64,000 nt of DNA from the human T2T-CHM13v2.0 reference genome, Homo sapiens. A program made the position numbers and the translations under genes. The DNA lies in the NCBI RefSeq assembly GCF_009914755.1, contig NC_060935.1. One strand, written 5' to 3'. The first letter of the stretch is position 1. Each line of letters begins with the position of its first letter. Positions 12,929 through 28,119 of the stretch are shown piece after piece. The notes beneath the pieces are model-generated. The model did not search any database, had not been told where the DNA came from, and saw only the letters and a program-made list of their open reading frames with translations.

Positions 12929-14506
12929 ATCATCCATACAACCACTTGCAGTAGAGGATTCATGAGCCTTTCCTTTCCTTTTTTTTTTTTTTTTTTGGAA
13001 TAAATTCATTAGCTTGGAGCCAACTTTGTATATAATTTTTTTTTTTAAATAATTGTTTCCTTCAAACTCATGCCAGCATTACCAACTTGGGCAAACAAAT
13101 TTTGCCTTCCTCAGACCTTTTACATTTAGGGTTTTTCTTAAAATTACATTTTTTAAATTTTTAATATTTTGAATTAAACTTAATATACCTTTATATGTAT
13201 GTATTTAGACTTATACAAATACTTAACTGTGAAAACAGATTATTTAATTAAACTTTTTAACTTTCTTAGCATATCAAATAAAACAATGCATGTATGTATG
13301 TAGGGGTGTGTGAACATATATATAATTGAATTTACCATACTAATAAACTGTAACAATTTTCTTAAAAAGCAAATAAACCACATTTATTATCTGGTATACA
13401 TATTCATATTTCTCCCAAATTATTGTACCTAATATTGTCTCAACAATTTATATTGTAAGCAGCTTTTGTTTTTCTAGACCTGAGACAGGAAACAAAAACA
13501 ATCCAGTTAATTTTTTCCACAAACATTTATATTACTTTAACAAATTTTAAGGTGGAAAAGTAAGCATATATATTGCATCACTTAAAGACATTTGCATACC
13601 CTGTTAAGGTATAGTCATTTACATATATAAAATAAAGAGTAGGGGAAATTAAAACTATATTTAGTAACTAATATTTGCATATTTGTCTTACTTATAAATT
13701 GCCCATATAGCCAAAGTTTATATATTAATTCAATTGAATATTAGTCTAAGGTTGGCTAAAGATCTGGAAATTACAATTTAAGCTAATATATTATGTCCAT
13801 ACAATTTGCAGCATTACGAGAATTCACAAGATTAACCCTTTTTGAAAGACATGCATTCTTACAAGTTCATATAGTTAAATATGATTCAATATTCTTTTAC
13901 TTCTTCACCAATTTGTAGAAATAACTTACTGAACACATAGAATTTATGTAGAAATTTTTAAACTTTAAGAAAATCTTAAATCATGAGAAACTAAACCCAG
14001 ATCTCATCTTAAATAAAAATTGTGCTTACATCATATTTACATGTCGATAAAATCAGAGAGAAAAAATAGTTTTTTATATGCTAAAGGTCAATTTCTTTAA
14101 TTTGATTAAAAGTCATCTATTTATCAGAAATATTACGTAAATTATTTTAATACAAATTAACCTCATTTGTCATATATAAAAAAATGTGCACCTGTAAGCT
14201 CCCTCAAGACAAAAGGAGTCTTTTTCCCTCAGTTCAGAACCTGGTACTGAGAAGGAGTACAATCTTTAGAATGAGCTGTCTCCAGTGTGTTTCTAAACTT
14301 CCAGGCCACACTGCTTCTGTTTTTCTTCATCCATAAGACTTATCAGTGAGTACAAAAGTATACTTTTCCCTCTCTCCTCTCTCCCTCTCCTCTCTCTCTC
14401 TCACACACACACACACACGTGGAAACACCTCCCTTATCTGCACAAACAGACCTTCTCAAGCAGTCCTGATTCACTTTCTAAAGCCCTGATTCATGTGGGA
14501 ACCAAG

Positions 14507-15057
14507 TGAAGAAAATCAAAGTATTTCACCCCAAAATATATTTGTTTAACATATTTTGAGATGGCTGTTCAGAGGGCCTGCAAACAGGAGTAGCCCTGCA
14601 AAGTTGCCTTTTGTGAGGGAGATTTGCACTTGTAGAGAAAATCTCCATTGATGCAGCCAGTCTTTCGCTGATGGTCTTCCCTTGCCTGATCTGAGAAAAG
14701 TTAACAGAGAGTCTAATATCTTTAAAGGTCTGAAAGAAACATTCACCATCTATTTTCTCTGAGAGTTGCTACCTGTGAAATTTCATCTACATAACAAGAC
14801 CACCTTTGCTAGCCAGGCCTCCTCTTTTCCCCCTCCAATAACCTGTCTTGCCATGATCCAAGCCCCCATTCTTTCTGTAATCTCAAGATGGTATGATATA
14901 TAAACTTCTCTACCCTACTGGAGTAATCACTCCATCGTTTTCCTCCATGTGCACGTTAATAAATTTGGATACCTTTCCCTTATTAATCCGCATGTTTTCA
15001 GTTGATTTTTCGGCGAACCTTCAGAAGGTGAAGGAAAGTTTTCCCTTGGTGCCTACA
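14507..15057 (+). mobile_element. ERV1-class solo LTR (MER39/MER34 group-like)
   Basis: TGAAG...TATTTCACCCCAAAATATA...TTTTGAGATGGCTGTTCAGAGGGCC start; AATAAA; ends CCTACA. Confidence 0.7.
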
Positions 15058-15923
15058 TGAGTAATAATGGACGCCTGCCTGAAGACACCAGTCCAGAAAT
15101 GGCACTGACACTTTGATTGTCCTTTCATAAATCAGTGTCATCTTGAGCTGAGCCCTAACCTGATGACAGAGCCACTGCTTCTGCACTACAAGATTGCATT
15201 TCACTTGGGTTAAAAGGTCTATTTTTTTCTGTGCCAAAAATGTCCTGTCTTCTCACTAGTCCCCGCACCTGCCCCCTGCAAAAGGTCAGAGAACCTTTTT
15301 TTAAATACCAGAAGTACCACCATGTCCAACCTTCCTATTCTTGTATTTCACAACAACAAAGATTGAACCCTCCTTCCCCCACCAATAAATGATTGAAGGA
15401 AACATGAGCTGAGTGCCTGTTAATCCTCTTCATGCATTTATGAAATGTCCACCATGTTGTAATTATCATCCTCTTAATATACATTGTCACATACAGTGAC
15501 TATATATAATTCAGTCTTATACTCTTCAAGACAGGCATTATTATTTCTACTTTTATAGTTAGGAAAATTGAAGCGTAAAGACTTTAAGTGACTTGCCCAA
15601 ATCAAAACACCACTAAGGGATTAGAATCCAAATTTGACTGAAGCCAAGTTCGACATCACAAATAGTGCTCTTTTTGCTGCCTCTTCCCAGATGCCTGGAT
15701 GTTTTCCAGTAAATGAATATATTCAGTTGGCTAACCTGGGTCACACTCTGCCAGGTTTCCTTTCCAAAGAGAGCCAAGGGAGGAGGCTGCCATTAGCACC
15801 AACACTATTCATGGCACTGCCCCCAAAGTAGTGTTTCCTGTATATTCTTCTGGAACTTGAAAGTATGAAATGCAATATTCCCGAGCATGTCATAGTGGTT
15901 GAACTCATGGTCAAGTATATATT

Positions 15924-16670
15924 GTGGGTCAGCAATACAGGCAAGAATGTTTTTTATATTTACAAATGCTTGAAAAAAATAAAAGAATAATATTTTGTGA
16001 CATGTAAACATTCCAAGAAATTCAACTAACTTCAGTGTCCATAGATAAAGTTTTATCAGAACGTGTCCCACTCTTTCATTTACATATTGGCCATGACTGG
16101 TTTTGCACTGCAACATCAGAGTTGAACTGTTGCAATGAGACTGTAAGGCCTGTAAAGCCTAAAATATTTACTATTTGGCTCTTTCTAGAAAAATCTTGCT
16201 GATCCTATTCACAATAGCAAAGACTTGGAACCAACCCAAATGTCCAACAATGATAGACTGGATTAAGAAAATGTGGCACATATACACCATGGAATACTAT
16301 GCAGCCATAAAAAATGATGAGTTCATGTCCTTTGTAGGGACATGGATGAAGCTGGAAACCATCATTCTCAGCAAACTATCACAAGGACAAAAAACCAAAC
16401 ACTGCATGTTCTCGCTCATAGGTGGGAATTGAACAGTGAGAACACGTGGACACAGGAAGGGGAACATCACACACTGGGGACTGTTGTGGGGTGGGGGGAG
16501 GGGGGAGGGATAGCATTAGGAGATATACCTAATGTTAAATGAAGAGTTAATGGGTGCAAGTACACCAACATGGCACATGTATACATATGTAACTAACCTG
16601 CACAATGTGCACATGTACCCTAAAACTTAAAGTATAATAATAAAAAAAAGGGAAATCTTGCTGATCCCTA
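15924..16670. mobile_element. MER58-like hAT DNA transposon interrupted by an L1PA
   Basis: GGGTCAGCAA terminus and AAAGCCTAAAATATTTACTATTTGGC...TTGCTGATCCC terminus. Confidence 0.7.
16206..16652 (+). mobile_element. Young 5'-truncated L1PA (L1PA2-4-like) 3' end
   Basis: ORF2 C-terminus (KTWNQPKCP...SLIGGN), G-rich 3'UTR, poly(A); 15-bp TSD AAATCTTGCTGATCC at 16191-16205 and 16653-16667. Confidence 0.95.
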
Positions 16671-17097
16671 GTGTAAATGATTAATCACAGAGCCATTTTA
16701 AGAACAAGATTTTTTTGTTTTGTTTGAGCAGGCTAGGGAAAGAAGAAAGGGAATGCCAGGACAAATGGATGTTTAAAAATAAGAGAAGTAGTGACATGGT
16801 GATAGAAAAACAGAGAGTTGAAAAAGAAAAGCCTTATCAGCTTCACAGTACAGCTTAGGGTCCACCCATGGCATGGGAAAGAAAATGTCAACTATCCATT
16901 TTAATCAATCAATTCTAATATAAATAAAAGTGATGATAATAATTCACATAATAATGGCATAATAAATAGCATTTCATATGAGCCAGGTACTGCGCTAAAT
17001 GCTGTACACGTTTAATCTCAGGGCAATCCTTACCATGATCCTATGTCATAAATGCTACTATTCCTCCACTTTTCATGTGAAATTAAGGAATAACGGG

Positions 17098-17405
17098 GTC
17101 AGATGGGTGAGGTGGCCCATGCCAGTAATCTCAACACTTCGGGAGGCTGAGATGGGAAGACTGCTTCAGGCTAGGAGTTTGGGACCAGCCTTGGCAACAC
17201 AGTGAGACCTGTCTCTACAAAAAACTTTTAAAAATTAGCAAGGCATGGTGGTGCATGCCTGTAGCTCCACATACTCAGGAGGCTGAAGCAGGAGGATCGC
17301 TTGAGCCCAAGAGTTCAAGGTTGCAGTGAGCCATGATTGTGCCACTGTATTCCAGCCTGGGTGACAGAGCAAGACCCTATCTTAAAAGAAAACAAAAAGA
17401 AAGAA
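17098..17405 (+). mobile_element. AluJ-like inserted in a MIR
   Basis: Alu dimer with A-rich tail; MIR-like flanks. Confidence 0.9.
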
Positions 17406-17879
17406 GAATAGAGGGGTTGAGTAATTTGCCCAAGGATGCAGGGTCTGAACTGAGAACTTACTGTACAAAAGAGGAGGTCATAGCAAAACTCTTACAAATG
17501 ACTATGATGCTTTTAAAAGCTCTCACCTTTGCCAAACAGGTCGGTATTGCTAGCAAGAATTAGCAGCTCTTCTCTTGCAGTGGCCTTAGAGCTAAAGGCT
17601 TGTTGTTTGATTTCAATGACAAATGTCTCCAGTCTTTGAAGATATGTTTGATTTTAAAAGTCATGTGAGGTTAAGTCTGGTAAGTGGTCAGGCTGAGTGG
17701 CAATGGTTTGAGTTATTAAAAGCAAGGTGTTCCCTTCACTATGAATGATGGTTTTCTTAGTGATAATCTTTGCCTAACTGGACAGATAATTCCAAGAAAG
17801 ATATTACTGAAGAAAAAAAAAGACTCAGTTCTTGTCTTTGTAGAGCTTCCAATCAAACTAACTCTTTAAGTCAGTATGA

Positions 17880-18191
<312 letters not shown>

Positions 18192-20441
18192 TCTATTTTT
18201 TTAAATAGTCAAATGGAAGTATAGAGCAATCTATTCACACTATCTCAAAAGATTATAAATTTTTGAGTCAGGAAGGAAATTTCCATTATTGTTGGCATTG
18301 TTGGCTGTGTGATCTTGAGCAATTTCCCTGAGTCTCTGTTTCCTTGTCTGTTAAGTTAGGATACTTCACAACTTTCTCAAGAGGGACCCTGAGAGGGAAT
18401 TAAAACTAATGCCTTCAAGCATTCATTGTATAAAGGGAATCAATTTCTCTTCTATCATATAGAATGGTACTAGTTATGCACCATCCTTGGGGTAATTGAG
18501 AAAACAAGTCACTCAGATCATTTCCTATGTCCTATGGCTCAGATAAAACCAGGTACTACATGTGAAAGACTGCATGAGGATTCAATAGGATAATAAATAG
18601 CGTTTATTGTAGGTATAAAATAGCATTTACTATAGGTTTAATAAATAGCATTTATTATAGGTGTTATTTATTATATGTGTAATAAATAGCATCATGTATG
18701 GCACATGGAAGGGGTACTCAGTAATATTAGTATTTTTCCTTTTCTACAGCAGGTTGGAAATTGGGCTGAGGTTTTCACTGAAGATGATAGCAGTGCCCTT
18801 CCACAGTGTGACTCTCAAGGCAGCTTCTGGGCGCCCATCTGCCCAGAATGACAATTTTTCCTATAAGGAGGCACTTTTGAAGAAGGAGAGGAAAGGGATG
18901 TTGATTGGCATTCTGTCAGGCATTCCATGAACTAAGAAATGAATGGGGATCATGCTGGTGGCTGTAATGGATCTGGCAGCCCCATAGTCACTCCTTCTTC
19001 CCTGTATTTATCTGTTTACCTAATCCACTTCTTGACCGACAGCTCCTTGAGGGCAGGGGCTAAGGACTAGTCTTTAATTGTACCTTTATATCTGCAGAGA
19101 CTAGCAAATATTAATACCTATGAGGCATTAACGACTTCACGGTTTCCGAGGAAAGCCAGAAGGTATGAAACTGGGACTGTGGAGCAACCTCTTGCTTTTC
19201 ATGGAACTTTTAGCCTATGAGGCACTTCAGGGAAAAGAAGTTCTTCCTGGAACCCAGGAAGCTGAGTTCCTCACGTCTCTGAGCTCAGAGCGTCTATCTC
19301 ATGTCAAGATCCCTTCGACAAGTGCAGGAGAGGGTGACAGGACGGCTGCATAATCAACCCCGCCAGCTCACACGCAAGCTATGACCTCCAGAAGGGACAG
19401 GACACCTTTAGAATACTTTCTACCATTTCGCAAGCTTCTGGGCACGAAGTTCTCTAATCTCAGGTCCCCACGTGACTCCACAGTCCATTTTTCTCTTCTC
19501 ACATCTCATCTGGTCAAGCTTGACTAAAATTATCTTGTGAACCACCCAAGTAAACACTTGCCTTTGTCTCTTCAAATGGTGTCGATGATATGTCAATGTA
19601 CACACACACCAAACTGATATAGTATCGCCAGCAGTGTCTCTTTAAAGAGGAGATGTTTTGGAAGGCAGGACACTCTACAGTAAGAGCCTTTTGCTGTGCA
19701 AGGTTCACAGCTGTTGCTGTGGCAACTCTCACAACCTCGCTGAGTATCCAAATAAATAGTTTGTTCTTTTTTTTCCTCCCTAAGTAAGATGGGGGAGGGG
19801 GACGATCGATGAGACTTGCTATTGGGATCCATTTGGAGTTCTGGAGTCAGTGCAAAAATTGAGGTTTCCTAAAACGACAAAGAAATAAAGGCTTTGGGAA
19901 AAGCCCACACCCCTCAAAGGCTGCAGATGGAAAATGGAAGGGAACTGCGTGCGGGAACCTTAGCAGGCGCCGTGGCTTTGAAAAGAAGCTCCCAGCAGCA
20001 AACACCCAGGCAGAAAGAAAGAAAGCTGCGGGGTTCCGACCCCACATTCCGGCGGAGAGCTCGGGCCTCTCTGCGGGGGGGACGCCCAGCCTCCCCCGGC
20101 CTGCCACCCCAACCCCCCTCCTCCGCTCCCCCCACAGACACGTCTAAACAGCCCAGGATCTCCGGTTAAACAAAGAGAGTGGTATGCCTTAAAAAAAAAA
20201 AAAAACAAACAAACAAACAAACAAAAAAAAACTTTTATTTTCGTGTGATAGGTGATATGTGGAAAATTAATTACAGGAAATAGCACTGCGAAAAGCAGCA
20301 GCATTCGTCTTTAAATGGATATGGTCCCCCCCTTCTCCGCCCCCCTCCTGGCTCTTCCTCAGCCCGGCGCAGACAGACACCGCCCCTACCCTCCCCCAAA
20401 CTCTTTTGTTATCAGTTGAATCACGTCTCGTGCCAAGCAAA

Positions 20442-20457
20442 AGGTCATTTCAGGTCA
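20442..20457 (+). promoter_or_regulatory. Perfect DR4 nuclear receptor element AGGTCA-TTTC-AGGTCA
   Basis: Two consensus AGGTCA half-sites spaced by 4 nt; function inferred. Confidence 0.55.
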
Positions 20458-20519
20458 TCTTGGAGATGAAAGGACGGGGTAATGTATATGAAGGTGCGGG
20501 AATTGGCAAGCCCAAAAAA

Positions 20520-20530
20520 TATATACATAC

Positions 20531-20612
<82 letters not shown>
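20520..20612. repeat. (CATATA)n hexanucleotide microsatellite, ~15 units
   Basis: Read directly; followed by a short (GA)n. Confidence 0.97.
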
Positions 20613-23600
20613 GCACATAGAGACAGAGAGAGAGAGGTGGGGCAGCGCGGGGGCGGGGGGAGCGCGGTAGTGGGGATGTGAGAAACGCCAGCGTTCTAAC
20701 AAGAACAGAGTGATGCCAGAAAGACGCAGGAAATGTTTCAAAGCGTGACAAGCACTGTCCAATCTGTAGCTAATTCCTTATAAAAATAAGAATGTGGCTT
20801 ATAATTGTTAGGTGCCTGGAGGGTAATTAGAGTTTCTAATTGTTCTCATCCACAATCTCATTTTTGACCCTTCATCAGAGAGCGAGAGATGCCGCCCATT
20901 GCGAAAGTGCGCGTTCTGGAAACGTGCTGCATCTGCGGGGCTTTGGCGAACGTGCTCTGCTGGGCCAGAGAGGCGGGACATATCAGACTTAGAGCCTCCA
21001 CCAGAAGGGGGTTGGGGGCAGAGGGTTGGCCTGGTCCAGTCACCCTCTTGAAGGGAATTTAACCACCAGGGTATGTGGGCAGTATATTTAGGGTGTTTCA
21101 GTAGCAAGCACAGATCACTTTGTTTGGAGATAAGAAGAGAAAAAAAAAACGAAACAAAAAAAAAAATACCTTGCATAGAGTTGTTGTTGTTAATGTTTTC
21201 CCTACACTGTTTACTGGGTAGGGATGGCATGGTTTTTTATTTCTCTACTAAAAGAGACGCCACTCCCTCCTTTGAGTTTGTAATTCAATGCCATTTCAAT
21301 AAAGACAATTGGCTCTCGCTGTCTCTGAATTCTTGCCAAGTGCATTTTCCCCTTTCTTTTCCTTCCCACTGCTGTATTTGAATGTCCTGTATTTGCCTCA
21401 TCAATTTTTTTTCTAAGAAGCAAGTTTGTTTTTTTTTTTCCAATAACGCAGATGCCAACAGCAATCTATCAAGCGAGTGGGAGGTTTAGGTAATAAATCG
21501 TTTGTTCCCAGATACCAAAAGTTTCTTACATGGAAACTCCCCCTATAGCCTCCGCTGCCATGGGCTCCGCTCCACTCCCTCTTCTTACTAGTCAAACTCC
21601 ATCTACCACCCCCCATTCTTTCCACACCCACAGCAATTCAAACAGGGAGGCTTCTGAGGCAACCAGTTAAAGGTAAGCTGATTCTTGACAGGTTCTGTAA
21701 TAGTAAAGCCAATGAGATTTGGTAAAATTCGTCTGTTACCCCATCAGTCCTGGAAAATAGCTTTTTACAATGGTTATCATCTCAATGTGTGGCACCTGCT
21801 AGAGAAACTGGCCTCCATATATGCCTATTCCCCAACTCACACCATTATAAAGGCATACTCACTAAAGTTATACTAGCTTCCTCATTACTAGAGTCATGTG
21901 TTTCTAAAGAAATACAAGTCATTTCTGTAACTGTTGTAGATGCTAGCAGCAGAAAGCTCAACATCCTGGGGGTTTGAAGGGAATGGACTCAGTTCTTAAC
22001 AAAATGGCATTCGTATATATGGGGTGTAGGGAGGTGGTCATTGTGCAGAATGAAGGGAGGAAGGAATAGAGAGTAGTCCAGAGGGTCGGGCAAGATACCT
22101 TGATTTAGCCAAAGTCAGCAGCTACCTGATTAATAATTGAAGTGCTGTTAATACGTGGATGAGGATTGTCTGATGCTTACACCAATCAGAGGATGTGGCA
22201 CCCCCAAGTAACCAATGAGACTTCTCAGGCATTGGTCCTTTTCCATTCGTTACATGCACCCTGAGGAAAAACCCCAAGGCAAATCTGATGATGTCGGCTG
22301 GGGCATGCAACTGTCACATAGAGAAGATGGCAAGTTTCCTCTATTTATCATTTCTGTTGAGCAGTATTGTATTATACACACGAGCAAAGCAACAATATTC
22401 CATGTTTATGTCTTGCTAGATCACCTAGAAGTTCCGACAGACTTAAAATACAATCAGGCATTTCCCATGCCTTACTGAGAAGGAAGAAATAAAGGGATCT
22501 AGTAGTGATTAAATAATCACTATGTATCATGTGATAGTCACTTTAAATCACTATCACTCAGTCCTCACATCAACTCTGTGGATAGTGTAATTATTTCATT
22601 CACTGGCGAGGAAACTGACAATCAAGGTGGGTTGAGTAACCTAATTAGAGATCACCACACATCTAACAAGAGAAGGGAAGAAAGCTCACATTTAGTGAGC
22701 ACCCCTTGTTTCAGAGACTATGCTTAACTTATCACACATCTACTTTCAAATAACCGTATGCTATGCATAATATTGTCTCCATATGATAGATGAAAGTGAG
22801 ATTCAAGAAACTTAAGTAACTTATTCAAAGTCACAAAGTTGGTAAATGCAGGAGCTGGAATTCAGACTCAAGCCAGTGTGACGCCCAAAGCTCATGCTGT
22901 TTGCCTGCAACTGATGCCTCAAATATTAGCCTGGGATAGAAGAATGAAAGGTTAGTTATCAGCCTTACTCCCAATAGGATAGCACACAGTATATCCTCAA
23001 TCCCTATAAGCTTACCTCGAAAAATTTACCTTGGCATGTATATAAAGACTGTCCATGATTGGGCATAATGAACAAAGTCCCATTTGTCTAAAGGAAACTG
23101 TTTCAGACAGTTTCACGGAGGATCACAAATATAAGCCTTTAGGTCTGATCTTCAACTCAGACCTCATGAGCGATGTTGGTTTGCTTAATGTTTCAAAGGC
23201 AGGAAAAGTGAAAGACAGGAAATTCCCTGGGCTTATTCTCATTCTAGCTTTTTACTATTAAGTCTAAGATTATTTCTGAATGTAATCACCAAATCTGTCA
23301 TTTTCAACTGATTTGGCCATTTTAGTGTGTGGCATTTATTTACTCAATAAAATATTGAGTGCTTACTAGGCACCAGGCAATGTGCTCTATGTTAACCATA
23401 CACCAGTGTTTGTGCAATTGACAGAGTAATGCTGCCATTCATTGTTTAGGGAACATCAGAGGAGAAGGAGAAAAAGAAGGAAGATCGGGAGGATGTAATG
23501 AAGTGGGTGGATTTGGCAGACTAAACTGAGTCTGAGGTGCCTGCAGAAGCACCTGCTGGTGCTTCCTGATAAGTAATTGGAATTATGGGTCTTGCTTTCC

Positions 23601-24044
23601 GGAGACAAATCTGGACTAAAAATATAGTCTCAGGATGGACTCACATATGGCAGATGGTAACTCAAGTCATGGTGGTAACTGAGATCATCTGGGGAAACAG
23701 GGCAAAATGGGAAAAGAACGGGACTTAGAATAGCAGAGACCAGAAGAACCTAATGTTTAAGGGATATTTGGGATCAAGTACGTTCCCCAATTTCGTATGT
23801 GGCAAAGTAGGCCACCCTTTTCATTAATTTGCTAATTTATCCAACCAGCCCTTACCCATCACCTCCTATATGTTAAGTGCTCATAATGCAAGCATGAGTA
23901 ACATCTGATTCCTTGCCTTGAGGGGATATAATAGAGGAGAATTCAAATGTATTTATATACAAAGATCTGTCTATATTCTTTCTGAAGGAAAAAAAGAGAT
24001 TGGTGAGACAGGCTCATAGTGGTAATGATTTTTTTAATTAATGA

Positions 24045-24344
24045 ATTTATTTATTTATTTTTGAGACAGAGTTTTGCTCTTGTTGCCCAGGCTGGAGTGC
24101 AATGGCACTATCTTGGCTCACTACAACCTCTGCCTCTGGGTTCAAGCGATTCTCCTGCCTCAGCCTCCCGGGTAGCTGGGATTACAGGCACCCGCCACCA
24201 CACCCAGCTAATTTTTATATTTTTAGTAGAGATGAGTTTTCACCATGTTGGCCAGGCTGACCTGCAACTCTTGACCTCAGGTGGTCCACCCGCCTCGGCC
24301 TCCCAAAGTGCTGGGATTACAGGTGTGAACCACCATGCCCAGCC
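24045..24344 (-). mobile_element. AluS-like
   Basis: Antisense Alu dimer with (TTTA)n tail. Confidence 0.93.
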
Positions 24345-24361
24345 GATATATTTTTTTAATT

Positions 24362-26310
<1,949 letters not shown>

Positions 26311-27335
26311 AAAATAATATTTAAATTGGACCTTGGGTAATGAATAGGGTGGTAAATAAAAGAAATCTGACTTCTGTATCTTTTATACAATGTAAATACT
26401 TAATAAATACTAACAATGGGATAGACCAAAAACATGCTAAGAAAAAACAGAATATAATGGAAGAGTAAACTTGGGAACCATGCAAATAAGGATCACCAGG
26501 GAAATGTATAAAGGAAAGAAGAATGGAATTAAAGATTTTTTAAAAGAAGAAAAGAATAACTGTATTCCTAGAGGAAATGATTTTATTAACCAGGGAAAAG
26601 CACTGGAAAGAGCAGTTTGGGAAAGTTTCCTTAGAATCCCGGGGAGGATAAAGCATCTAATTTTGGAAGTTGGAAACAGCATATTAGCCAAGGTTCTCTA
26701 ATTTGGACTAATGAAAGCAAATTCAAAGTATAAGAAAAAAAGTGGAGATGTGGTGTTTGTTATATGAATGATGTGGTATTTCACAGAATTCAAAAGAAGG
26801 GATAGAGCTGGATCTCAGGAAGAGATTGGAAGTATGAACTGGAAAATTGTTAGGAAGCCAAGTCTGACTCTACCTCTCTATCATCCCTGCCTTTCTGCAT
26901 CGAACTTCTCCCTTTGCTAATCAACTTTCTCTGCTTCTCAGTTCACATGTTGGAATGTGGGTGAAAAACAGCTTGGGAGTTTGGATGCTCCAATTCCTGC
27001 TCCACACAGTTCTTACTACATGATTTCTGAAACCAGATTCCAAATTAAAAGGCAAGAAAATGCAATAGACTTGCTGTGGGTCAGCTGTCCACCTATGACA
27101 ATAACATGGCTGGGAGACAAGGCACGTGATGGTAGAAATTAGACAAGCAGGGCAGAAAGAATGCAGATAGCTTTTTGCATGTAAATCTATTCTAATGGCT
27201 TGTGGATTGGACATATATTCCATATCTCCAGCATATATCCAGAATATGCTCTGAAATTGTGACTTTGACCTGAAACCAAGCTTGTACATGGAAGCTATCA
27301 CAACAGGTATCATTTCCTTAAAGAATGGAAGACTA

Positions 27336-28119
27336 TAATCCTTTGGATATATATACCCAGTAATGGGATCGCTGGGTCAAATGGTATTTCTAGTTCTAGA
27401 TCCTTGAGGAATCACCACATGGTCTTCCACAATGGTTGAACGAGTTTACACTCCCACCAACAGTGTAAAAGCATTCCTATTTCTCCACATCCTCTCCAGC
27501 ATCTGTTGTTTCCTGACTTTTTAATAATCGCCATTCTAACTGGAGTGAGATGGTATCTCATTGTGGTTTTGATTTGCATTTCTCTGATGGCCAGTGATGG
27601 TGAGCATTTTTTCAGGTGTCTGTTGGCTGCATAAATGTCTTCTTTTGAGAAGTGTCTGTTCATATCCTTTGCCCACTTTTTGATGGGGTCATTTGCTTTT
27701 TTCTTGTAAATTTGTTTGATTTATTTGTAGATTCTGGATAGTGGCACATATATACCATGGAATACTATGCAGCCATAAAAAGAATGAGTTCACGTCCTTT
27801 GCAGGGACATGGATGCAGCTGGAAACCATCATTCTGAGCAAACTATCACAAGGACAGAAAACCAAACACCACATATTCTCATTCGTAGGTGGGAATTGAA
27901 CAATGAGAACACTTGGACACAAGGCAGGGAACATCACACCCCGGGGGCCTGTCATGGGGTAGAAGGCAGGGGGAGGGATAGCATTAGGAGAAATACCTAA
28001 TGTAAATGACGAGTTAATGGGTGCAGCAAACCAACATGGCACATGTATACCTATGTAACAAATCTGCACATTGTGCACATGTACCCTAGAACTTAAAGTA
28101 TAATAATTAAAAAAAAAAA
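27336..28119 (+). mobile_element. 5'-inverted (twin-primed) L1PA, L1PA6-7-like
   Basis: Antisense ORF2 segment 27336-27740 joined to sense 3' end 27741-28119 with poly(A); TSD AAGA(A/G)TGGAAGACTA at 27321-27335 and 28120-28134. Confidence 0.93.

Larger units (their letters stand above)
19900..21050 (-). promoter_or_regulatory. CpG/GC-rich promoter-like region, probably driving minus-strand transcription
   Basis: Clearest CpG-rich unique segment of the window; GC boxes (CCGCCCC ~20337, GGGGCGGGG ~20650); minus-strand TATA-like CATTTAAAG ~20308-20316; free of interspersed repeats. Confidence 0.65.

Noticed and set aside
16487-16510. G-quadruplex motif
   Set aside because: Standard G-rich tract of the L1PA 3'UTR
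20406-20762. ORFs with HIHIHI / MYMYMY / VYVYVY runs
   Set aside because: Translations of the (CATATA)n microsatellite, which has no stop codon in any frame
20745-20775. Possible REST/RE1 site
   Set aside because: Only the GGACAG half is present, with no properly spaced TCAGCACC half
19847-21230. Overlapping ORFs in the GC-rich block (up to 140 aa)
   Set aside because: Expected in GC-rich promoter DNA; no recognisable domain, and they run through homopolymer tracts
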